64,000 nt of DNA from a virus (taxonomy: Duplodnaviria > Caudoviricetes), in the IMG/VR virus record IMGVR_UViG_3300035454_000831, positions 1-64,000 of that record, one strand, 5' to 3'. Position 1 is the first letter of the stretch. Every line of letters starts with the position of its first letter. The notes beneath the pieces are model-generated. The model ran no database searches, was not told the DNA's origin, and saw nothing but the letters and a program-made list of their open reading frames with translations. This document shows, in pieces, positions 38,266 to 49,100 of this stretch. The translations under genes were made by a program, and so were the position numbers.

Positions 38266-39045
38266 TCAGTTATGTCTCATCACGAATGGAGGAGGGGAAT
38301 TCCACATCAGAGGGTCACCATCAACAATGACTCGATGCCTCACGTAATAGAGGGTCCCTGCCTTTAGCCCGTCTTCATTAGTTAGCCTGAAGTAGACCGC
38401 GTTACCATTCAACATGGAAGCCGAAATACCATCGGCTGGGAAAGGCTCGTGAGACCCCTCACCACCATTGGTGAAAGGATTGAAGTAGGACCACCTACTA
38501 ACCGAGCTTGCGGTGGACTTGGACAGAACGAGTGATGAGAACTGCTCCGACAGAGAAATTTCGAGTGAAAAGTGAACGTTATTGGAGACAACATTCGGTA
38601 TTAGGAAGCCATAGTTGAACTCATACGAAGCTTCCGTGGAAACCGTTGATCCACTTTGAATGGTGGAACTCTGGAATGGTGGAATAGCATATGGTCTCAG
38701 AATAGGCGGGGCGAGGTCAGCTTCGGCAGCTTCAGTGAATGACACCATATCCTCTCTTTTCGGAATTAAAGGAAGGCTATCAGGTATTCTCAGTCTATCA
38801 CCTACTTCGAGGGAGAATGGGTCAAGGATATCGTTATACCACATTATTAGCCACCATAGGCTGACGTCCCCATAAGCCTCATAGGCTATTAGATCCGGCC
38901 TATCCAGATCCGGTTGTTTAACGATGTACAGACGCTCTCCGACGTTCGCGTTTCCAGGCTGTTTCCATATACTGAACGTCTCAGAGTCATCATCCCTTAT
39001 GACTCTTGTGGCGTGGTATCTGGAGTTCTTTCCTAATTTTGCCAT
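38266..39045 (-). CDS. Baseplate wedge gp53/LysM-like protein with extra C-terminal domain
   Basis: RPDLIAYEAYGDVSLWWLIMWYNDILDPF..G..LRIP. Confidence 0.85.
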   Translation of the reverse strand: MAKLGKNSRYHATRVIRDDDSETFSIWKQPGNANVGERLYIVKQPDLDRPDLIAYEAYGDVSLWWLIMWYNDILDPFSLEVGDRLRIPDSLPLIPKREDMVSFTEAAEADLAPPILRPYAIPPFQSSTIQSGSTVSTEASYEFNYGFLIPNVVSNNVHFSLEISLSEQFSSLVLSKSTASSVSRWSYFNPFTNGGEGSHEPFPADGISASMLNGNAVYFRLTNEDGLKAGTLYYVRHRVIVDGDPLMWNSPPPFVMRHN

Positions 39046-39065
39046 ATAGTTGAAGCTGTCGCGTC

Positions 39066-39362
39066 CTAAAATCCATACCCATCAAAATCAATAACCTGTC
39101 CGGTCATTGAATCTCCGATGGATCTAAGAGGATACCCCACCATAACTAGGGGGACGAACCCAGGAACAATGGTAAGCGGAAAGAGTAATGGGTTAGGCGC
39201 TGTAGAAATAATGATAGTAGCGCCAGTTTTGGTTAAACACTTCCCAATAATCCGGATAGGTGCCCCTACATCGACTTGCCACTTCTGACGTTTTCCAAGT
39301 TGCGTCTCAACATGAGAACAACTGGAAAAAGTCATCAGTATTACTAACAATATGGTCTTCAT
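39066..39362 (-). CDS. Putative lipoprotein / membrane protein
   Basis: MKTILLVILMTFSSC signal with lipobox-like Cys. Confidence 0.55.
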   Translation of the reverse strand: MKTILLVILMTFSSCSHVETQLGKRQKWQVDVGAPIRIIGKCLTKTGATIIISTAPNPLLFPLTIVPGFVPLVMVGYPLRSIGDSMTGQVIDFDGYGF

Positions 39363-40399
39363 CGTTGAGATACTTCAATGGCTTCTGGCGTCCTTAGTGG
39401 TATTAGCGCTGTGAATGGCGTGTCCTGAGATCCTCCGGCGTACCTGTACGACATACTTAGTTCTACCTCATTATTAGTAGAACTCCTTATCGCTACTTGC
39501 GATATTTCTGCGCGGGGCTCCCAGGTGGCAACTGGTGCCACTACCTCCAGTTGTAGGAGTTGTCTGGTGTACAGATCATTTTGTTCAAACGGAATCAGGT
39601 GAAGGTTCGACCCGAACTCAGGAAGCATTACCCTCTCACCTTTTCGCACTGATAAGTTCATTATAAAAGAGGACCTTACCAATTCTTCATCAGTGGCCGT
39701 CTGAAACAGCCAACTATAGTCGGAGGATCTCGCTCTTAACACACCGCTTGTGATTGATCTGTTGTGAATTTCGAATTCAGCTTTAGAATCGTAGGAAGAA
39801 CTAAGAGCAGTGTCTAACGTAAGCCTATTACCCTCAGCCTTTATTATCCTTCCGGATGAGTACAACCTACCCTGTTGCGATACTGTGTACTCAGCATCCA
39901 GAAGATCAGATACTGTAACCGCGTTGAGTATCACTTCGAAGTCACCTTCCGAGGCTGGGAATGCTAAGGTGTATGATACGGCTGGGTATGAATCCTGAAG
40001 GGACTGCACTGACAAGTTGATGCTGGTCCTCGGTAGAGCCATTCCAATCCACCTAGACAGGTCCTTCTTGCGGGAATCAAGGGCGGCCACTCTGATAGCC
40101 ACTGTCCTTCTTAATGAGAATATATTCTCGGTGTTTATCGCGGCGACTGAAATATTGTAGTCGCCGCTGTTCTCGTAAACGTGTTCGAGTTGCACTTCCT
40201 GACCGACCAGAAATCCAGAGATAACCTCCTGATCGTCATCACCCCAATTCACGGAGAACTTTACATCTGGGCGAGAGCTACCAGTAGAAGAACACGTGAA
40301 CCTTATGGACACTGGGTCGCTATACACCGTCTCAAACCTCCCACGCGTGAGAACACCATTCCTAACTTTTATGTCTTCCGAAATTTGCGGGGGTGGCAT
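39359..40399 (-). CDS. PKD/Ig-like domain fused to a gp25-like baseplate domain
   Basis: VNWGD..HVY..SGDY (PKD); GERVMLPEFGS..FEQND..WEPR (gp25). Confidence 0.85.
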   Translation of the reverse strand: MPPPQISEDIKVRNGVLTRGRFETVYSDPVSIRFTCSSTGSSRPDVKFSVNWGDDDQEVISGFLVGQEVQLEHVYENSGDYNISVAAINTENIFSLRRTVAIRVAALDSRKKDLSRWIGMALPRTSINLSVQSLQDSYPAVSYTLAFPASEGDFEVILNAVTVSDLLDAEYTVSQQGRLYSSGRIIKAEGNRLTLDTALSSSYDSKAEFEIHNRSITSGVLRARSSDYSWLFQTATDEELVRSSFIMNLSVRKGERVMLPEFGSNLHLIPFEQNDLYTRQLLQLEVVAPVATWEPRAEISQVAIRSSTNNEVELSMSYRYAGGSQDTPFTALIPLRTPEAIEVSQR

Positions 40400-40403
40400 A
40401 ATA

Positions 40404-40415
40404 ATAAGTAGTTAT
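40404..40415. promoter_or_regulatory. Overlapping divergent late motifs (TACTTAT minus, TAGTTAT plus)
   Basis: Each is 4 nt before its ATG (40399, 40420) within a 20-bp gap. Confidence 0.65.
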
Positions 40416-40419
40416 TATT

Positions 40420-40998
40420 ATGCCGAGCCAGAGACCAGCCTTTCAACAAATGGGATTCCTAAAGAAGGATGGTGGAGGGGATGAATGGGTAATACCGATT
40501 TACGGGGTCGAGGATATGAACTTCCTGCATGAGACCACTTTCGAGACTGATACTTCAATTGCCAATCCTTTGATACTGCAGTGGAAGGGTGATAAACCAG
40601 TGAAGTTCAACTTCAAGTTCAAACTAGTAGCTGGAGTAACTGCGATAAGTAGGAGAAAGCTTTTCAGTTATGTTAGAACTGCCCATGCGTTGAACGCTGG
40701 GACATACCGTCAGGGCTCAGCCGCAGCACCCCCTCCTCCATGCCTTTTCGCACTTGGTGATTACGTTCTTTGCAAGGGCGTCGTTCTTGACATATCGGTA
40801 AACGTCCAAGGTCCATGGGCTAACGATGCTGGTTTCGATGTCGACGACGACATTGTTAGCATGAACCCGACCATAGCAACATTCTCCGGGGAGTTTCTGG
40901 CCGTTAATTCGTGGACTTCTAATGGTGAGCAGATCGTCAATATTGACCAGCAGAGGTTCAGTAGCAACGATATCAAGAAAAACTTTTACAGAACATAA
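40420..40998 (+). CDS. Tube-initiator / baseplate tube-fold protein
   Basis: PLILQW.G, PPPPCLFALG..CKGVV pattern seen in contractile-tail tube-like proteins. Confidence 0.6.
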   Translation: MPSQRPAFQQMGFLKKDGGGDEWVIPIYGVEDMNFLHETTFETDTSIANPLILQWKGDKPVKFNFKFKLVAGVTAISRRKLFSYVRTAHALNAGTYRQGSAAAPPPPCLFALGDYVLCKGVVLDISVNVQGPWANDAGFDVDDDIVSMNPTIATFSGEFLAVNSWTSNGEQIVNIDQQRFSSNDIKKNFYRT

Positions 40999-41000
40999 GC

Positions 41001-44000
41001 ATGTCGAGACCGAAATCAGAACAGTTAGTAACGATTGAGAAAGACGCTATATTCGAGCTTCTCCCATTTGCCATACGGACTTATGACAACGGGGCTTTGA
41101 AGTTACTGTTCAGGACAGTCTCCGAACAACACAACTTTATAATATCGAGGCTGAGGGAGTTGATCCGGCTACAAGACCCGTGGTTAGCAGCTGAGTTCAA
41201 ACCGAAATCCTTCGGAGAGTCCGAGGCAGACTATAGAGAGTACTTGGGTCTCATAGACAGGTGGTCGTCACTTACAGAGGGCCAGAAAGCGTACGTTAGA
41301 TCACTCGATGATAAAATCCCGAGAAGTATCAAGGCCGGGAAATTCGAGAGTACCGTCCTATCTGCCCTCGCCAGCAACGTTGGGGAACTAACTTATGGTG
41401 GGAAATTGAGAGCTGGTCTTCGCGGATTGATCGCGTCAGCTATTTCCAGACACCACATCAAAGGGAGTCATTCATCGGTCTATGCGCTTGGCTTGGTCTC
41501 CGGAGTATTCGAGTTATCGACAAAGGAACTTTGGTCTCGATATAGCCTGTCCGAGCCGGATAATCCAGCCTCTCTCAAGAATAACGACGACTTCGCCTAT
41601 GAACCCGACATCTATCCATACTTCCCGATAAATGGAAAGTATACTGGGCAAACCGTGGCCCAATACCGGGAACCGTATGGAGTGTATGACCCAAGGGTCT
41701 TGGACGACGCCTCTGGCTTGCTTTACGAAGAAGTATTCAAATGGTGTGTTAATGATAGAACCTCACCGTATTGGTACAACAAGGTAATAAACGGTAAGAA
41801 CCCATTTGGTAGATTTATCGGGGATGTAACCAGCAAGCTGATAAGTGGAACCTATAAAATGTCCGGAGGATCGGACGGAACTAGGGCGTACGCTCTCATA
41901 CCATCCCTGGGAGGTACCCAGGAAGTGTTCGAGGCGGTCAGTTACGGGTATTGGGCAAATGAAGTGTCACTGATAGTATTTAACAACAGGAACGGTACTC
42001 AAGACGTAACTGTTATCGGTCCCAGATCCAAGATAAAGTTCAAGTCCTCTTATTTCGACTTGAGTGTTGCAGCCGACATATCAGTGTACCCTCTGATTTA
42101 TCCTTCGATACCAGTTCTTCGGAATTCTGCTGCATCATACCTGGACGAGTACCTTGATAGAACACTGCCAGAGTACCCAATAACGACTATCAGAACTGGC
42201 ACCGTTTATGAGCGAGTCATCTCCGACCCGGAATTACACTTCCAGGTGGACAACCGACAACTGAACGAGCTGTTCGGTCTCGTGAAGTTGATGTTCGAAG
42301 GGATCAGACCAGTAACCAGAACAGTTCGTTTCGAACAATTCGGGATTTTATTGAGGGATCAAGTTCAGTACGCCCCAGTGCTCACCATAAACGAAGTCAG
42401 AATTTTCTCCAGAAACGGAACTCTGTGGGAGATGTCAGTGGGGGCGGACGGGGCTATCTCATGGGCAATAAGCGATGGGGAAGCCACTAGAATACCGATC
42501 CAGTATGAGCGACTTAGCAAGAGGATGATAAGATGGTCGGTATCTGATTCGGGTGTTTTCACGTCCTTACCAATCAATCAAGCCGACCCAGAGAACTTCG
42601 GAGAGGCTATAGTGTACTATCGGTCGCAATCATTCAATGGGTTCGTGTACTCGGAGAATGGGATACTCAGGACGTCTACCACGTCACCCTCTCTGCTACT
42701 TGATACCATCCATACGGATGGAACCTTCAATGAACAGATTCTGAGAGAGCAATACACTAAATACTCCGAGAGCCCGATTCCAGGTACGGAGATATACATG
42801 TCAGAGGACGCCACCTATGACGATGAGCCTGATTCCGCCCTTCAATTCCAGACCGGGCCTGAAGATGGGGTACTGGTGAGACCAATGCTGACTGACTTCT
42901 CCGGGTTTCATATAGACGCACACTTCGGAACCGAAGAGGAGTTAGGATTTCCGGGCTCCAACTGGTGGTACGACTCCAATGGTGAGATAGTCACCAGAGA
43001 CATAAGGCTGAGAAGTGCTGGTATATCCCCTGGTTTCATAGAGGCAGTACCCACCGGGAACTCGATTAGGCGGGATGGATTAACGTATGGGCATCCAGTT
43101 CATTTCCTCAATCATCATAACGTGGCCCCATGGAGAAGTAGGGTTGACAACTCTCCTTACTACTCTCAATACACCTACGACTCTCCTGATCGCTACACTG
43201 GCGCGGAGCGCGTGGATGTTGATTTAAGCGAGCATGACGGCCCAATAGAAGGCAGCATTCAATTTGGTAAGGGCACTGATATACAACTATCAGAAGACGG
43301 CTACGGAGTTACTCCTACCCACATGTGCGGAGGTGGTCTAAATGGCCCTGAGATAGACTCGCTCATACTCAATAAAGTAACCAGACTTTCTCAGATTTGT
43401 TACAAATATGTCTCGATCACCGATCATGAGGGGTTCATGAAGGTGAAGACTAATAAGGTTAATACCCTGCAGGTTGGTAGTTCAGTCTATCTTGATGATG
43501 ACCCTTACAAGGGGTTCCATCGTGTTACTGAAATAATATCCAGTTACGAGTTCATAACGGATACCCCGTACGCGTCTACACTTTCAAATGGGAGCCTGTT
43601 CTGTAAGTCGGTCGATACCCATATTTCAAACGCTCAGGAGGCGATCATAAGGATCAGTAGGGACTCGAACGCGAGCCCACTCACCGCATTCATTTTCCAG
43701 AGGTCCCTAGACGGTTCCTCTGAAGTGGAAATCGCTGAGATGCTCATGACTGGGGAAATGGAGAAAGAGGTAACTGTGTCCGTGGAAAAGGAGACTATCC
43801 TTCTAGTTTACACCTCTACCGAGTCCCTTGACATGGTGACTGTAGAGCTACCAGAGAACGTAATAGAGATGCGCGGAAACCTAATGTGGGCTGGCGGGGA
43901 TAGAGTCTCCCCGGAGATAACCATAATAGAAGATGGCGAGCACTTCTTTGATTATGACGAGGGCGGTAAGTCCTCTTTCCTACAGATAAACGGTAACAAG

Positions 44001-44186
44001 TGGTGGCGAGGAGGGGGGTGGGAAGGCTCCAGGAGTTACATAATCGACACCCTAAATCGAGACGGTCTTCCAGGGGTACTCACATTCACCGACTCGGAGG
44101 CCGATTTTCTAGTGGCTCAAGTGGGGTCAGATTCGCTGAGACTAATAACCGCCACCGGGGACTACCTTATCGCCAAGCTAGGTTAA
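41001..44186 (+). CDS. Large baseplate wedge protein, gp7/gpI-like
   Basis: ELLP, RGLIASA...IKGS, ELW, IRPVTRT; 1061 aa. Confidence 0.65.
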   Translation: MSRPKSEQLVTIEKDAIFELLPFAIRTYDNGALKLLFRTVSEQHNFIISRLRELIRLQDPWLAAEFKPKSFGESEADYREYLGLIDRWSSLTEGQKAYVRSLDDKIPRSIKAGKFESTVLSALASNVGELTYGGKLRAGLRGLIASAISRHHIKGSHSSVYALGLVSGVFELSTKELWSRYSLSEPDNPASLKNNDDFAYEPDIYPYFPINGKYTGQTVAQYREPYGVYDPRVLDDASGLLYEEVFKWCVNDRTSPYWYNKVINGKNPFGRFIGDVTSKLISGTYKMSGGSDGTRAYALIPSLGGTQEVFEAVSYGYWANEVSLIVFNNRNGTQDVTVIGPRSKIKFKSSYFDLSVAADISVYPLIYPSIPVLRNSAASYLDEYLDRTLPEYPITTIRTGTVYERVISDPELHFQVDNRQLNELFGLVKLMFEGIRPVTRTVRFEQFGILLRDQVQYAPVLTINEVRIFSRNGTLWEMSVGADGAISWAISDGEATRIPIQYERLSKRMIRWSVSDSGVFTSLPINQADPENFGEAIVYYRSQSFNGFVYSENGILRTSTTSPSLLLDTIHTDGTFNEQILREQYTKYSESPIPGTEIYMSEDATYDDEPDSALQFQTGPEDGVLVRPMLTDFSGFHIDAHFGTEEELGFPGSNWWYDSNGEIVTRDIRLRSAGISPGFIEAVPTGNSIRRDGLTYGHPVHFLNHHNVAPWRSRVDNSPYYSQYTYDSPDRYTGAERVDVDLSEHDGPIEGSIQFGKGTDIQLSEDGYGVTPTHMCGGGLNGPEIDSLILNKVTRLSQICYKYVSITDHEGFMKVKTNKVNTLQVGSSVYLDDDPYKGFHRVTEIISSYEFITDTPYASTLSNGSLFCKSVDTHISNAQEAIIRISRDSNASPLTAFIFQRSLDGSSEVEIAEMLMTGEMEKEVTVSVEKETILLVYTSTESLDMVTVELPENVIEMRGNLMWAGGDRVSPEITIIEDGEHFFDYDEGGKSSFLQINGNKWWRGGGWEGSRSYIIDTLNRDGLPGVLTFTDSEADFLVAQVGSDSLRLITATGDYLIAKLG

Positions 44187-44495
44187 ATCGCTTACCGATT
44201 TCTTGCTCCACATTTTACACGACCAGTACCTGGCCTTCCATCTAGGGCCAGGATCTGTACAGTTAAACCTAGATCTGAAGTTCTTGCGATTCTCCGGGTT
44301 ATCCCTCTTGATCTCCATGTTGGGATCTCCGAAGTTAACCTTAACGACGTTACCCTTGTCATTCTTCACATACACCGAGAACTTCTTCGGACCTTTCGGT
44401 GTTCGAAACGGCTTTCCAAGCTCAACATCCTTTCCTTGGTATTCGGCTTCAGACAGCAGCGCATTAAGGGTATCAACTATATCATGGTCAGGCAT
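44178..44495 (-). CDS. Conserved basic viral protein with LSE leader
   Basis: KKFSVYVK..VNFGDP..RKNFRSR.NC...ARYWSC; TAGTTAT at 44500-44506. Confidence 0.8.
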   Translation of the reverse strand: MPDHDIVDTLNALLSEAEYQGKDVELGKPFRTPKGPKKFSVYVKNDKGNVVKVNFGDPNMEIKRDNPENRKNFRSRFNCTDPGPRWKARYWSCKMWSKKSVSDLT

Positions 44496-44515
44496 GTAGA
44501 TAACTACAGGCTATC

Positions 44516-44674
44516 TCAGCGCGTGAACCCATCGCAGATGAACCTACCCTTTTGCCCAGAAGATGGTGGAATAAAGTGTCCGTTAGCAGTTAAACAATTA
44601 CAATTAGGGCACGTCACTTCCTTTTTCTTAATCGACTCCAACCTCTCCTGCTTTTTTCTTTTTGATAGTTTCAT
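44516..44674 (-). CDS. Small Cys-containing protein (52 aa, not in ORF track)
   Basis: MKLSKRKKQERLESIKKKEVTCPNCNCLTANGHFIPPSSGQKGRFICDGFTR. Confidence 0.6.
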   Translation of the reverse strand: MKLSKRKKQERLESIKKKEVTCPNCNCLTANGHFIPPSSGQKGRFICDGFTR

Positions 44675-44678
44675 TACA

Positions 44679-44939
44679 TCACTCGTTGAGAATTTGATTC
44701 AAGTCTTCAATGATGGCCGTCACTAAGTTTAGTGGCATCTTCATCAACTCATTGATCGGAGTGTGGGTATGCATGGCCAGCTTTATGATGTTACCCCGGT
44801 ACCGATTATGCACTGAGATTATATGTGAAGACGGTATAACCCCGTCGCTTATCGTGCAGGGTACGAGGTGGCTCCCATAAGCAACGAGATGCTCAAACGA
44901 AGCGTTGACCCCTATTTCGTCGGGGTCACTCTCGACGAA
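44679..44939 (-). CDS. Downstream partner of the gp26-like gene: +1-frame extension, or 44-aa ORF from GTG 44813
   Basis: 86 open codons from the TTC at the T7 run; ends IIKLAMHTHTPINELMKMPLNLVTAIIEDLNQILNE, typical of tail-chaperone second modules. Confidence 0.6.
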   Translation of the reverse strand, partial: FVESDPDEIGVNASFEHLVAYGSHLVPCTISDGVIPSSHIISVHNRYRGNIIKLAMHTHTPINELMKMPLNLVTAIIEDLNQILNE

Positions 44940-45723
44940 AAAAATGGTGCTGGATCGGTATTCTTACCGCGTAGTGATTCTGACATTTATCACACTCAAC
45001 ATCCCAAGAATAGGTTATACCGCAGTTCTTCTCATCGATCTTATCCTGAAGGAAAGCCATGTCCTCTCCGCGCACTCTACTGATGTAGTTGCACACCTCA
45101 TCAAAACTATCCGGGAGCGAGTTATTGACGCTTTTGATGTGTATGGCTATTCTGTTGATCAGAGCTTTTTCGTCGTCCTCTTCCAACTTCTTCGCCACCC
45201 TATTGAGTCGATTTATCCGGGTCACCTCCATATCATCGAAGATACTCGGGTATTTGAGGATGACTGAGTCCTTGCAAATGGGCAGTTGGACAGTAAGGTA
45301 CTTCTGAAACTCGGCAGAACTCTTAAAGTCCCAACTTCTAACCGGGAGTTGATCGGGGACCTTCACAGAGATTTTCTCCTTATGTCCACAGCGAGTGCAG
45401 TCGGCCTGGAAGTTGTAATTCTCACCGTAGGTCAAGGACCTCGCGATCGCCAGAATGTAATACTGGTCGCTGGTCAATAGGTCGTCGATTGAGAACCCCT
45501 CAGGAAGACCCTTAACTACCATCGAAGCAACCCTCTTAAGTTTGTCTGGTGCGGTCAGATTGGTGGTTAGAATGCCTTGGGTCTCCCAACTGTACGGCAT
45601 GACGATTATTTTCTCAGGAAATTGAGACTCCTTCGTCCTATAAGCCCAGCCCCCAGACGGTAGGCCAGTCTCGAATTCTGGGTAAGATACAGCAGCTGTG
45701 TCTAAGTTAGTCTTGATTGGCAT
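44926..45723 (-). CDS. Baseplate hub assembly / tail chaperone, gp26-like
   Basis: LPSGG..Y, D...L...RSLTYG..Y...CTRC, VQLP...LKYP, CDKC, terminal FF. Confidence 0.82.
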   Translation of the reverse strand: MPIKTNLDTAAVSYPEFETGLPSGGWAYRTKESQFPEKIIVMPYSWETQGILTTNLTAPDKLKRVASMVVKGLPEGFSIDDLLTSDQYYILAIARSLTYGENYNFQADCTRCGHKEKISVKVPDQLPVRSWDFKSSAEFQKYLTVQLPICKDSVILKYPSIFDDMEVTRINRLNRVAKKLEEDDEKALINRIAIHIKSVNNSLPDSFDEVCNYISRVRGEDMAFLQDKIDEKNCGITYSWDVECDKCQNHYAVRIPIQHHFFRRE

Positions 45724-45801
45724 AACTCTATAGAATGTGCACTATTATATATTGACAATGATCCACTTGAGTTATCATTGTTCCGTACCTAGTTATCAAT
45801 A

Positions 45802-46137
45802 ATGAAACTCTCAGAGTCTATTAAGGTGATTGGAAAAGTGGTACTTGAATACAAAGAAGCCGGAGTCGCACGTGAGGTATTCAAACAAGAGGAAATGATA
45901 ATCGGGGAAAGATACTTCCTAGTTACCGGGGAGGCTTCTGCGAATATGATCGATGATAGCGACTTTGATCGTGAGACCGGATATGGTAGACTAGTCTACC
46001 CAGAGGATTTGAACGTAGAGATAACATCTATCATGGAGATTCTGGATGATGACACCAGTGTTGACGTAACGAACGATCCTGGTACTCGGTCCCTCGTAAT
46101 AGATCACATTAAAGAAGAGTTTGAGAGCCAGCATTAA
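45802..46137 (+). CDS. Acidic late protein with MKLSE leader
   Basis: TAGTTAT at 45790-45796. Confidence 0.7.
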   Translation: MKLSESIKVIGKVVLEYKEAGVAREVFKQEEMIIGERYFLVTGEASANMIDDSDFDRETGYGRLVYPEDLNVEITSIMEILDDDTSVDVTNDPGTRSLVIDHIKEEFESQH

Positions 46138-49100
46138 GAAACCACCAGCCTTTTGAGGCTGAGCGTTTCGTAAATCTCCTCATAGTCTCTGGTAAAGTCC
46201 TTGTAGACTGGGGAGCCATTTTCTTCTCCGAATTTAACAAGCATATCACTGTTTGACCCGAATAACTCAGGTTCACTGGTCACGGAGAAGCAGTCCCTGG
46301 GGTTCAATCCGACATCCGCTTCACCGATAATTGGAATCTGAATCCAGGAAGCGTCGTACTTGGGCAAGTACTCTGGTAGCCACTCCTTGGCGTTGTCCAT
46401 GTACCATGCCTTAATGGCCATCGTCTCCACCACTTCGTCTTTACTTTTGACGGAGGTCCAGATATCATCGTGAATGACGTTGAAAACCCGACTGCCTAGT
46501 TTCCTTTTCTTATACTCGGTGTTGATCCTATGGGCGGCAATGACGGTAAAGTCAGCTGCGGTAGACTGGATCGATGTGTTTTGGGCTCTTCTTCTGGCTT
46601 GTGATATCTTGGCTCCGAGAACCCTAGCGTAGGGGTCCTTGCGTCTCTCCTTGGACGTCTTCGTTTTCAGAATAGTTTTATAGTAGTCGATGTCTTGAAA
46701 CTCAGGGAGCTGCCTCACGAAGCCAAAAGCGGAGGCTATCCATTTAAACTCCTCCCCGAACCTGTGGGAGTCCTCCACCCACTTTCCAACATGTGGATAC
46801 AAGCTGTAGATCATTTCATTGAACTCACCACATTCGTCGAGGGTCACGGGTTCCCCAGTCTTGGGGTTGATCACCCTATTCTCGGTAAGCAGGTCGAATA
46901 ACCCCTGGTCGCCCTGACCATAAATGTTACCAAATAGCGCCTGTTTGCAGATCGACCTTTGGGTCTTATTCTTCTTGTCAGCGTCCTTTCCAAAGAAGTG
47001 GCTCTGGGTCAGGAAGTGTACATCACCACCTTCTTTAAACGTCTTCAAGAGGAGTGGATCTCTGCAGAACAGTGCTAGAATTCGCACCTCAATACCGGAG
47101 TAATCCCTGGTGATAATCCAACCATCCTTGTGATGAGACCTATACAGTTTCTTGATGAGGCCATCCCTTGGGATCGCCTGAACATTCGGGGCTTTGCATC
47201 CTAACCTACCAGTAGCAATGCCATTAGACCTGTACTGAGCATGCATGAGTCCATCGTCGTGGATAACCCTCTTCTCGACGATTGGTAACAGAAACGACTT
47301 GATGAACTTATCCGCTTTTCTCCAGGATAAAAGCTTCCTGGCCACTTCACAATGCCAGATTACCTGACCTTCCTCAAGAACGTCCCCCTGATTCCTGAGT
47401 ACCTTTGTGCCGTCTTCCTTTAGTATCCACTCTGAGGCTGCATAATCGCCGACCACTCGCTCATCCAAACATGGTGCGCCCTTATCAGTCTTTTTCAGAA
47501 TAGGAAGTTTCAAGTGATTGATGAAAAACGCTCGCTGCTGAACAGTGGAACCCCAGTTCATGCGTATTTCCTCACCCCTCCTGAGAGCCTTGGCTTGATC
47601 AGATGATTTACTTATTACTTTGTGCAAGCTACCTCTCTCGAAGGCTTGCAGCTCCTCATCATGGGACAGCGCCTCTTCTAGAGAGGCAACCTCCTTTGAA
47701 TATAATGAGTGCACTCGATCCACTAGGTCATGGTCGATGCATTGGCCGATCCTCTCCATTTCCGCGCAGAGTTCATGATGAAGCTTCCGAACATGCAACA
47801 GGTAATCCTTCAATTTATAGGTGTCGGTGACAGAGTCAGTCCAGTCCGACTCTTCTTGATCGTCACTCCTCTTGATGAATGACCCACTGTCTAACTCTTT
47901 TACGCGTTTGTGAACTTCCTTGAACAGTCTGGTGACAACCTTCGTATCATAGGCCGCATAAGGCAGGATGATCTTTTCCGGTATCGAGGTGTAATCATTC
48001 ACTTCGTTCCCCAACAGCTCCATGTTCTCTTCCTTCCACTTATCTAACTCTCTCCAGTATTCAGGGATATCGGGGAAGTAGAGACGGACGAGTGATTCCA
48101 AGCCTAGGAAACCAGCTTCATCCGGATTCAGCGCCCATTGCCACATGATCGTATCACCCACGAAGCCTTTCACTTCCCAACCGTAATAAGCGAAGACAGA
48201 GTTCTCATCGAACTGCAAGTTATGACCGATCTTCAGGATCTCCTCGTCCTCAAGCACTATCCTTAACTCGGCCTCTAGAAGTTTCCGTTGCTCAGCCCAC
48301 GTAACCCCTTCTCTGACGAGGTCCGGACATTCCCTGGCAAACATATCGGGAGCATCCTTGAAGTCTGTCACCACTATAAGAGGCAGTTCCCGGGTGGGAT
48401 GATCGAAAGAGAAAACACCAACTTTGAACCCAGCTCTGAACTTCTCAAGACCTCTTGTCTCAGTATCCCATGACACTGGCCAAGTGCTCTCATAAACTGG
48501 CTCAAACCACTCCCTGATCTGTTCTGGGCGCATTGCCAGTACATAATTTTTGTCGATGTGCTCCTGTTTGGCAAAGGACTCGGTTTTGATCTTTTGGGTT
48601 ATCAACTCAAGCTGCTTGAACCACTCCATTCCAAGTCGATCGGGGTTGGTTCTGATGTGATCTCTATGCCAAGCTGCATATACTGGGATTTCATTCTCCC
48701 CGTATCGATAGGCTCTGCCGACCAAATTCCAGTAGTCGAGCCGTCCAATCATTGCGTTGGTTCCGATGGGTCCAAGGGCTATAATTGCTGAAACATTCGA
48801 AAGTCGCTTGATATAAGGCTCAACCATATGATTAAAGCACCTTTTCAGCTCTGCCTTGCCGAGTTTTTCCGGTTCAAATTCCATAGTCTCCTTATTAAGA
48901 GCATTCGGCCTACACCTGAAGCCAGGAAGGTAAAAGAGTCTATGCTCCATGTCATACTCCTTGAAGATCTTGTAGAGAACATATAACTCATCCCTCTTAT
49001 TCCATAGGGTACCACCTACATCAGCCTTTTCAGACGGGTAGTTTCCGACGACAACGATGAAGCCATCTTTCGGCTCCGTCTCTGGGATCATTGATAGGAC

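Noticed and set aside
45752-45778. TTGACA...TATCAT as a sigma70 promoter
   Set aside because: The spacer is only 15 nt; the downstream gene is better explained by TAGTTAT at 45790
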